A DNA stretch of 64,000 nucleotides from a virus, in the IMG/VR virus record IMGVR_UViG_3300010430_000027, positions 5,347 through 69,346 of that record. One strand, 5' to 3'. Shown in pieces: positions 9,694 to 16,654 of the stretch. A program made the translations under genes and the position numbers. The number at the start of each line of letters is the position of its first letter. Position 1 is the first letter of the stretch. A model generated the notes under the pieces. It ran no database searches. It had not been told where the DNA came from and saw only the letters and a program-made list of their open reading frames with translations.

Positions 9694-9986
9694 GACATGG
9701 CAGGCATGGCGCGATAAGGCACGGCAAGGCAAGGCTCAGTGAGGATGGCATGGTGAGGCAGGCTTGGACTGGCGGGTAGGGGCCAGGCGGGGCTCGTCGG
9801 GGCAAGGCAGGGCGCGGCAGGCAGGGTATGGTAAGCTGTGGCGGATTATGGCAAGTTGTGGCACGGCAGGCGAGGCGCGTCCAGGCCTATCGCGGAACGT
9901 TGGGCGAGGACAGGCATGGTGAGGCAGGCTTGGACAGGCATGGCAAGGCCCGACTGATCAAGGCACGGCAGGACATTTCAAGACAA
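9694..9986 (+). repeat. GGY-NN pentamer array 1 (candidate guide-RNA array)
   Basis: Parses as about 55-60 units, mostly GGC/GGT plus two variable bases (GGCAT GGCGC GATAA GGCAC GGCAA GGCAA GGCTC ...). A 4-nt GGCA punctuation occurs at 9699, 9757, 9816, 9865 and 9923. Confidence 0.9.
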
Positions 9987-10058
9987 GATACAACAACTTC
10001 ATATGTCATCAGAGTCGGGGCATATGTAGTTTTCTAATTACGACTCAGGAGAAGTACA

Positions 10059-10658
10059 ATGGCAACTATTACAATGAAACCTATTAATGCACGGGTAATT
10101 CATTTTCACATCATTGGGACCACTTCAATGATTCATCACAATTGGTCTCAGAAGTCAATAGCGCAAATGCGTGACAAGCACGCAGGCAAAAAGACAGTTT
10201 CTCGTGAGATCAGAAACCCAAAAGAAGAGTTTCAAAACGCATGTTATCTCACGGAAAACAATGAATACGGATTTCCTCTGATGGCTTTTAAAACTGCGTT
10301 GATAACCGCAGCTCATAGGGATATCGGTATTGAGAAGACCTTAGTCAGAAAGGCTATTTTTGTGAAATCTGATGATTCTGGCCTAATCACAAAGATGAAA
10401 TGCAACAAACCCATTATGAGAGAAGATACTGTTAGGGTAGGTCAGGGTAAAACTGATTTGAGGTATCGCCCTGAATACAAGAAATGGTCTGCGGAAATTT
10501 TCATGGAAATCGACGGGGACCTTCTCACCGCTCAAGATGTTATTAACTTGACAAATCGTGCGGGTTTCGGTGTAGGTATCGGCGAATGGCGTCCAGAAAA
10601 AGGAGGCGAAATGGGTCGTTTCAAAGTTGATGAAACAAAGAAAGTGGAAATACTCTAA
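10059..10658 (+). CDS. Stand-alone RAMP/Cas7-like RNA-binding protein
   Basis: RAMP-like first strand IHFHIIGTTSMIHH, YGFPLMAFKTAL (cf. RAMP P.IP..s.Kg.l) and C-terminal Gly-rich loop AGFGVGIGEWRPEKGGEMGRF. AGGAG RBS. Confidence 0.75.
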   Translation: MATITMKPINARVIHFHIIGTTSMIHHNWSQKSIAQMRDKHAGKKTVSREIRNPKEEFQNACYLTENNEYGFPLMAFKTALITAAHRDIGIEKTLVRKAIFVKSDDSGLITKMKCNKPIMREDTVRVGQGKTDLRYRPEYKKWSAEIFMEIDGDLLTAQDVINLTNRAGFGVGIGEWRPEKGGEMGRFKVDETKKVEIL

Positions 10659-11137
10659 TGAAAGCATATTGGAAAAAAGGGTTTCATGCTAAGGTGAAAC
10701 CTGAAATAGCCGCTGAGGAATTCGAAAGAATTCGTCAACTCTATGGCGGTGATTTGACCGCCCCTATTATACATAAGGAGGTCATAAAGAAAAGGAATCC
10801 TTTACATGGAACTTTGGAATGGGATAATGAAGTGGCTGGTTATGAGCACCGTTTAGATCAAATCAGAAACATGGTTAGATCCATTGTTGTGATTTATAAC
10901 AATGACGGTAGGGAATTGAAATCAAGACTGTTTGAAGTGGTACAAGCGGATACATCTGAAGATGAACGTAAATATAATGTTTATAATACATTAGAAGATA
11001 TCCTGGCTGATCCACGAAAAAGGGCAGAATTCCTTTCAAGAGCCAAAAGAGAAGCTGCAACATATCGCAAAAGATATTCAAGTCTAACTGAATTGTCAAA
11101 AGTTTTTGATGAAATTGACAATCTTTTAATTGAATAG
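10658..11137 (+). CDS. Conserved-looking partner protein of the RAMP-like gene, function unknown
   Basis: TAATG coupling to the RAMP-like gene; motif NPLHGTLEWDNEVAGYEHRLDQIRNMVRSI; lies inside the repeat-flanked cassette. Confidence 0.8.
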   Translation: MKAYWKKGFHAKVKPEIAAEEFERIRQLYGGDLTAPIIHKEVIKKRNPLHGTLEWDNEVAGYEHRLDQIRNMVRSIVVIYNNDGRELKSRLFEVVQADTSEDERKYNVYNTLEDILADPRKRAEFLSRAKREAATYRKRYSSLTELSKVFDEIDNLLIE

Positions 11138-11148
11138 CGTCTTGATGT

Positions 11149-11288
11149 GGCGACAAGGACGTCGTCTACAAGGCTTGGCGAGCCAGGCATGGTATGGTAC
11201 GTCCAGCCCGAGCTAGGCGCGGCAAGGCAGGCATGGCAGGCAAGGCAAGACGTGTAGGGGCCCGACGTGAAAGGGCAAGGCAAGGCAT
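11149..11288 (+). repeat. GGY-NN pentamer array 2 (candidate guide-RNA array)
   Basis: GGCTT GGCGA GCCA GGCAT GGTAT GGTAC GTCCA GCCCG AGCTA GGCGC GGCAA GGCA GGCAT GGCA GGCAA GGCAA GACGT GTAGG GGCCC GACGT GAAAG GGCAA GGCAA GGCAT. Confidence 0.85.
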
Positions 11289-11295
11289 ACTAACA

Positions 11296-11388
11296 GGACG
11301 CGAGCTGAATATTGGCTTAAGTCAGCCCGGACTGTAAATCCGGAGTCGCCGCGAGCGGGTGATGGTTCGATTCCATCCGCGTCCACCA
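11296..11388 (+). tRNA. tRNA-Tyr (GTA)
   Basis: Acceptor stem GGACGCG/CGCGTCC plus A-CCA; anticodon arm CCGGA-CTGTAAA-TCCGG; long variable arm; T arm GATGG-TTCGATT-CCATC. Confidence 0.93.
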
Positions 11389-11488
11389 TCTAATAATAAG
11401 GCAAGTGGGTTCTGATAGCCCTTCCATTGGTACCTAGCCCAGCGGGTCATTGCCGAATATGCTGGGCAACCAACTTGAGGAAACAAAA

Positions 11489-11854
11489 ATGAGTGAAGAA
11501 GCTAAGTTTTTTACAGTATCAGGCATGGTCGTAGTTTTAGTAGTATTTGTGTTAATGGCGGGGATACCCCTGTGGAACGTTTGGAGGCAAGGCTTGTCAG
11601 GTGAAGCTCTGCTAGCCAAAGCCACACAGACTAGAAAGGTAATGATAGAAACAGCAAGAGCCGAAAAAGAATCGGCCCAATTGAGAGCGGACGCCATAGG
11701 TATTATGGGAGCAGCAGCCAAAGAGTTTCCTGAGTATCGACAGCAAGAATTCATCCAGGCGTTCGGCGAAGCACTTCGAGAAGGCACAATATCACAAATT
11801 ATCTATGTGCCCACCGAAGGAAACATTCCTATATTGGAAGCAGGAAAGAGATGA
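11489..11854 (+). CDS. Membrane-anchored coiled-coil protein (SPFH/band-7-like phage family)
   Basis: N-terminal TM helix, Ala/Glu-rich coil and C-terminal QIIYVPTEGNIPILEAG; GAGG RBS before ATG 11489. Confidence 0.7.
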   Translation: MSEEAKFFTVSGMVVVLVVFVLMAGIPLWNVWRQGLSGEALLAKATQTRKVMIETARAEKESAQLRADAIGIMGAAAKEFPEYRQQEFIQAFGEALREGTISQIIYVPTEGNIPILEAGKR

Positions 11855-11862
11855 GGTAATAC

Positions 11863-12132
11863 ATGAGTAGAAAAAATACTGAAGTAATCACACAATTGAT
11901 TCAGAGTGCAGCGGATCGAATGAGAGGCACAAGATTGACACGCAAAGAGGCAGATTTGATAATTCTTAAAGTCAGAGAGCTTGCGTTTGTATTCGAATGT
12001 ACTACGAGACATCAAAATAAAAGGAGCAATAATGGACAGTTACACGATATACAGCTGCCTAGAAATCATAGCAGGGGCGAACGGCAAGAAGGTAAAAGTG
12101 GCATTCTTGGAAGAGTTTTTAGAAGATCCTGA
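11863..12132 (+). CDS. Hypothetical protein
   Basis: GAGG RBS; its 3' part overlaps the ligase start, so the extent is uncertain. Confidence 0.4.
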   Translation: MSRKNTEVITQLIQSAADRMRGTRLTRKEADLIILKVRELAFVFECTTRHQNKRSNNGQLHDIQLPRNHSRGERQEGKSGILGRVFRRS

Positions 12133-13378
12133 ATTCACCAGAGTGATTAAACTGGCTTACGACCCCTTAGTAACATTCGGGGTGTTGAATGTGGTGATTC
12201 CTCTGGAAAAAGGGGAACACAACTTCGATGAAGAGACCTATGATATCTTTGCAGCACTATCCAGTCGTAGGCTGACAGGGAACAATGCCAGGGCTATTGT
12301 GGTTGAGCATATGTGTACATTGAATGATTTGTCCCAGATTTTGATGTTCAACATTCTCAAGAAAGATCTCAGGGCAGGATTCTCCATGCGCTCCATAAAC
12401 AAAGCTGTCCCGAATACAATAAAGTATCCTGCATATCTACGCTGTAGCACTATCAAGCAAGTGCCATTGTCAAGACTGAATTGGAAGAACGGTGTATATG
12501 CACAGATGAAAGCGGATGGGATGTTCTGTAATATAACAGTAAGTGGATCAACTACTTCATCAGGTATCACAGAGATCTCCACAAGGAACGGACAGAAATT
12601 TAACAAATATTTCAATGATAGGATCGCAGGAATGTTACTTCCCGGCTATCAGTATCACGGTGAAATTGTTGTGTACGACTATGGATCGCTTCTTCTGCCA
12701 CCTGTTCTTCTGGATAGGAAAACTGGCAACGGTCTGGTGAACAGTGTATTAAAAGGCGGAGATGCTGTATGGGACACTCGGTATGATTTCAGATTTATTC
12801 TATGGGATATGATAGAGCTGGCACATGTGGAAAATCGCTATTGTAGTGTGACTTACGAGAACCGATTTGAAGCTTTGAAAGTGGTACTGAGTGGGTTGTG
12901 GCCCAGGATACAATGGGTTAAAGGTGAGATACTCTATTCTGAAGATGAATCTGTTGAATACTTCAATTGGGTAACGCAAGTCGGTCATGAGGGTATCATC
13001 GTGAAAGACAGACAAGCCATTTGGAAAGATGGCACATCACAACTACAAGTGAAAATGAAAGCTGAAAAGGAATGTGAGATGATCATTACAGGTATACTTC
13101 CAGGTCTTGGCAAGTATGAGAACACCTGTGGATCTATTCAGTGTGAATCGCTCGATGGACTTGTGGAAACAAAAGTATCTGGATTTACGGATGACACCAG
13201 AGATGCTATATGGCGTTCCAAGGAGGATTGGTTAGACTCAATAGTGACCGTAAGGTTTAATGAGGTCACTGATAATAAACAATTCAAAAACTTATACTCT
13301 TTGTTTCTGCCGAGATTTATCGAACTACGTCAAGATAAAGATATAGCAGACACAACGGATTATATATTAAACCTCTAG
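12032..13378 (+). CDS. lig: ATP-dependent DNA ligase
   Basis: Motif I QMKADG, HGEIV, LWDMI, EGIIVK, KMK and OB-fold SLFLPRF. AAGGAG RBS before ATG 12032. Confidence 0.93.
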   Translation: MDSYTIYSCLEIIAGANGKKVKVAFLEEFLEDPEFTRVIKLAYDPLVTFGVLNVVIPLEKGEHNFDEETYDIFAALSSRRLTGNNARAIVVEHMCTLNDLSQILMFNILKKDLRAGFSMRSINKAVPNTIKYPAYLRCSTIKQVPLSRLNWKNGVYAQMKADGMFCNITVSGSTTSSGITEISTRNGQKFNKYFNDRIAGMLLPGYQYHGEIVVYDYGSLLLPPVLLDRKTGNGLVNSVLKGGDAVWDTRYDFRFILWDMIELAHVENRYCSVTYENRFEALKVVLSGLWPRIQWVKGEILYSEDESVEYFNWVTQVGHEGIIVKDRQAIWKDGTSQLQVKMKAEKECEMIITGILPGLGKYENTCGSIQCESLDGLVETKVSGFTDDTRDAIWRSKEDWLDSIVTVRFNEVTDNKQFKNLYSLFLPRFIELRQDKDIADTTDYILNL

Positions 13379-13385
13379 AGGAATT

Positions 13386-14333
13386 ATGAACGACATAAAA
13401 TACGGTCGAAAGCGCTCAGGTATAAAGCGTGAACTTAAGAAGAAAATCAATGAATGGTTGGAATCCATAGAAGATAAAGATGTCAGAAGTGTGGCCAGGA
13501 AGGGAGTCATAGTGACAGGAGGTTCTATAGCTTCCATGCTCCTGGGAGAACGAATAAACGATTTTGATATCTACTTCAAGTATAAGAGCACCACGGAAAT
13601 CGTGGCAAGATACTATGTAGAGAAGTTCAATGAATTGAACAAAGACCTAAAGTCCATTAATGCGTATAAGCCGGAAGTAAGAGCGGAAAGTATCATCAAC
13701 TGTAAAGGGAAAGCAGAAAACAGAGTAATCATTTGGCTACAATCTGCGGGTGTCATTGCAGAAAATCAAGATGAGTATAACTACTTTGAGACTTTGAGTG
13801 AAGACCAGACATTGGACTTTGCTGAGTCACTGCTGCACGATAGGACAAAAGATAGAGAATTACCTGAATACCGCCCAGTGTTTATGTCACAGAACGCTAT
13901 AACACTTTCAAACAGGGTACAAATAGTAATTAGGTTTTATGGGAATCCAGCAGAGATTCATGACAACTACGATTTCGTGCATGCAACGTGCTATTGGGAT
14001 CACGTAAATGAAGAATTGGTGATGCCCGCAGATGCAATGGAGAGTCTACTGAGTCGTGTGTTAATGTATCACGGCTCATTGTACCCTATCGCAAGTATCT
14101 TTAGAATGAAGAAGTTCCTGCAAAGAGGTTGGAGAATAACAGCAGGACAGCAATTGAAAATAATGTGGCAAATAAGCGAGCTAGATCTCACAGACCGTAC
14201 CATGTTGAGAGAACAGCTTACCGGTGTTGATATGGCGTATATGTATGAGTTAATACAAGCTATGCAAGGTATTGATCCTGAGAAAATTAATAGTACTTAT
14301 ATAGGTGGAATAATTGACAGAATCTTCGAATGA
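13386..14333 (+). CDS. Pol-beta-superfamily nucleotidyltransferase-like protein
   Basis: VTGGSIASMLLG...NDFDIYF (GG/GS...DxD) and later YDFVH. Confidence 0.65.
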   Translation: MNDIKYGRKRSGIKRELKKKINEWLESIEDKDVRSVARKGVIVTGGSIASMLLGERINDFDIYFKYKSTTEIVARYYVEKFNELNKDLKSINAYKPEVRAESIINCKGKAENRVIIWLQSAGVIAENQDEYNYFETLSEDQTLDFAESLLHDRTKDRELPEYRPVFMSQNAITLSNRVQIVIRFYGNPAEIHDNYDFVHATCYWDHVNEELVMPADAMESLLSRVLMYHGSLYPIASIFRMKKFLQRGWRITAGQQLKIMWQISELDLTDRTMLREQLTGVDMAYMYELIQAMQGIDPEKINSTYIGGIIDRIFE

Positions 14334-14634
14334 AAACTTAGAGGGATATTATACAGGTTCGTATTATATCAGAGCACAGATGATGCCCTCAATACGTGAG
14401 TACATAGAGAAAGGGAGGTTACCAGGTAGTTTTTTGACAGCAGTAATTTGCAATGACTTGTCACAAGCATGTCTTCATGCTGATCAGGAGAATCTTAGAA
14501 ACCTTCCCGCATTTGTGCACTACTTTTATTGGAACGCTCCCAGTCCCTGTTGGGGTTCTGCTGACAAGGTTAAAGACTGGATATCTATAAGGAGGCAAGA
14601 ACTTGAAGAACACGACAGAGAAGAAAGTCACTAA
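14314..14634 (+). CDS. Hypothetical protein
   Basis: 106-aa ORF with phage-like PGSFLTAVICNDL motif; start uncertain. Confidence 0.6.
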   Translation: MTESSNENLEGYYTGSYYIRAQMMPSIREYIEKGRLPGSFLTAVICNDLSQACLHADQENLRNLPAFVHYFYWNAPSPCWGSADKVKDWISIRRQELEEHDREESH

Positions 14635-14983
14635 TGTCGAATTTGTTACACATCTTATGGAATTTCATCCTAGTGGCGCATTGGTGCAAGCCTTTGTAAT
14701 CGAAGCCCTGAGGTTCTATTCGAGGATGGTTGGTCAACAAGATCCGGCTAATTTCGATCCAAGTAAAGAGTATTTTGTAAATCCACATGCGTGGCGTGCT
14801 ATTGGGGTTGATGTACTACAGCAAGTGGTTAATAGAACCGGCTCTACTGATGAAGATAAGGCTGCTCTGGAAATAATGAGCACCATAACTAATAGATTGA
14901 GAAAAGAATCGGCCGCAGCGGAAAAAGAAAATGCTCAAAAAGCAATTGACGAGAGGGAGAAACGTCCTAAGTATGAGCATTGA
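14603..14983 (+). CDS. Hypothetical protein
   Basis: AAGGAGG RBS before the TTG start. Confidence 0.6.
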   Translation: MKNTTEKKVTNVEFVTHLMEFHPSGALVQAFVIEALRFYSRMVGQQDPANFDPSKEYFVNPHAWRAIGVDVLQQVVNRTGSTDEDKAALEIMSTITNRLRKESAAAEKENAQKAIDEREKRPKYEH

Positions 14984-15032
14984 GTATTGATAACAGTCAT
15001 TGAGTATGTAATTTATAAATGTAATGTAGATA

Positions 15033-15041
15033 TGGTATAAT
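15033..15041 (+). promoter_or_regulatory. Sigma70-type extended -10 promoter (TGnTATAAT)
   Basis: TGGTATAAT in AT-rich intergenic DNA immediately upstream of a GC-rich structured segment. Confidence 0.6.
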
Positions 15042-15046
15042 AGGTA

Positions 15047-15199
15047 TGATGGGTGCTGACGAAGGGACACTCCAGGGTTATGGGACAGATCGCCGCGAGG
15101 GCACACCTCCTGGCGTCCTCCTGTGACTTTGGAGTCGTTTCCGGAGTCGCCCGAGCCGGAGAAAAACGCCCCAGAGGCATCAAATCTGGAGCACTCTCA
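15047..15199 (+). ncRNA. Candidate multi-branched structured ncRNA
   Basis: Closing helix GGGTGCT (15051-57)/AGCACTC (15190-96) encloses several hairpins: AGGAC/GTCCT-type plus CCAGG/CCTGG, GACT/AGTC, TCCGG/CCGGA and CCAGA/TCTGG. No ORF; promoter upstream. Confidence 0.55.
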
Positions 15200-15216
15200 A
15201 GGCGCGGGTTTGCAGT

Positions 15217-15235
15217 GACCCCGTTAAATTAACCC
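15217..15235 (+). promoter_or_regulatory. 19-bp conserved motif, copy 1 (candidate phage RNAP promoter)
   Basis: GACCCCGTTAAATTAACCC, identical at 23317 and 51128; all three copies are intergenic. Confidence 0.7.
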
Positions 15236-15340
15236 ATAAGGAATATAGTCACATATGTTGACACCAAGCTATTCTAGTAGGATATGCGAATATACCTAAT
15301 TGTGGGGGATAACCCACACATCTACTAGAGGAATCTATAA

Positions 15341-15925
15341 ATGACTGATGAACTAAAGCAAGTATTCGTAACTCCTGATGGCGTCCAACATGACACCAAA
15401 GCTGCAGCTACTGATCACTTGCGTCGACCAAAGATTAAAGAAGCACTGATGGCTATAACGGATAAGAACGTTGAGCTGTCTGATTGGCTGGTCGAACACA
15501 GAGAACTCGTAACGGATGCATTCAGCACCGGTACTATTCGACGCGTAACAAAAGCAGAAAAGAAGAAGCTCCATGCTGCCCTGGAAGCCATTGTGGCTGC
15601 AGACAACAAAGACTTCGCTTTTATTGCCGACAATCATGAAGCCATGGAAGAAACTTTCCGTTGGCCCACGGTTAAGCGTATGGATGAACACGAGAAAATG
15701 CAAGCAGCTCAAACCACAATCCAGGAAGCTTCAAACAACCCGGATCTCGCTGCTTGGTCTGTAGAGAATAAGGAAGGGATACTGAAAGCTTTTGAAGCCG
15801 GTAAAGTCAAACGTACCGTATCACCGAAAGCTCAAGAAGCCCTGGCAAAGTATCGTGAAGAGCTCAAAGAGAAGAAAGCTCAAGAAGCAGCAGCAGCCGA
15901 AGCAACACCGGAAGCAGCAGCCTGA
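15341..15925 (+). CDS. Hypothetical helical protein
   Basis: 194-aa ORF with GAGG RBS, first gene after motif copy 1. Confidence 0.8.
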   Translation: MTDELKQVFVTPDGVQHDTKAAATDHLRRPKIKEALMAITDKNVELSDWLVEHRELVTDAFSTGTIRRVTKAEKKKLHAALEAIVAADNKDFAFIADNHEAMEETFRWPTVKRMDEHEKMQAAQTTIQEASNNPDLAAWSVENKEGILKAFEAGKVKRTVSPKAQEALAKYREELKEKKAQEAAAAEATPEAAA

Positions 15926-16270
15926 GCTAAATAACACGCTGCAATACGTGTAGGGCAAGGGTCTAAACATTACCCGTTACCGCACTGTTGTCGCTGGGTG
16001 TGCCTGTATACAGTGGCAGTCTGATTGTCGTGGGTACTCTGGTTGTTCTCGGGAGTACTCACGCAGTCTTTCTAATTTAAAAAGTAAGGCATGTGCTAAT
16101 AACGCTACCGAACACGGCGTGTTTTAAATCGGATTCGATCACCGTCATGCCAGATCACTGAATTCACCGTACCAAACACAGGGTTAGAGTTCCCTCTCAA
16201 AAACTCGTCCTCCTTGGTTGGGAGTCTATTGTGGGACTGATCTCCTTAATAAAAGCAACCCACAACACTT

Positions 16271-16301
16271 TCCTCCGGATTTTCTTTCGGAGGATTTTTT
16301 T
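16271..16301 (+). terminator. Intrinsic terminator
   Basis: TCCTCCG-N10-CGGAGGA followed by T7. Confidence 0.75.
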
Positions 16302-16321
16302 CGTAAAACAGAGGAAGAATA

Positions 16322-16654
16322 ATGTTTAATTATTTAACAGAAGAACAAGATAACATCTTGAAACGAGCATCGGAGACGTGGGGCACTGGTTTTCAAAAAG
16401 ATATGTTACAAGAAGAGTGCGCAGAATTAGTGACTGCTGTAAGTCATTGGAAACGGGATAGAGTGCACATAAGCGCAATATTTGAAGAAGTGGCAGACGT
16501 GTTAATTGTGTGTAGACAACTTATGTTGGATCACGCTAACAGTGGAATTGAAATGTATTTACATAATATGATAGAGTCAAAGATGAATAGACTGGAAAAG
16601 AGAATCATATTGGGAGACGTTAACGCACCTATATTGTTGAGGGATGAGGAATGA
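16322..16654 (+). CDS. MazG-like NTP pyrophosphohydrolase
   Basis: EECAEL...EEVADV metal-binding pattern. Confidence 0.75.
   Translation: MFNYLTEEQDNILKRASETWGTGFQKDMLQEECAELVTAVSHWKRDRVHISAIFEEVADVLIVCRQLMLDHANSGIEMYLHNMIESKMNRLEKRIILGDVNAPILLRDEE

Noticed and set aside
9828-10037. 69-aa + strand ORF (and 10981-11283 on the - strand) over the pentamer arrays
   Set aside because: No RBS, and the low-complexity G/R/Q/A translation is a by-product of the repeat. A 5-nt period with 4-nt slips is not codon-compatible.
10039-10047. TACGACTCA resembling the T7 promoter core
   Set aside because: It is a single copy, lacks the CTATAG initiation part and is explained by a hairpin arm next to the RBS. 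The 19-bp triple motif is a much better promoter candidate.
9694-11288. Canonical CRISPR array next to a cas gene
   Set aside because: There are no 23-47 nt direct repeats separated by unique spacers and no cas1/cas2; the periodicity is 5 nt.
11296-11388. tRNA as a prophage attachment site
   Set aside because: No integrase, no duplicated tRNA 3' end and no host genes; phage genes continue on both sides.
15056-15062. CTGACGA resembling a hammerhead ribozyme core
   Set aside because: The helix that follows is not followed by the required GAAA and stem III.
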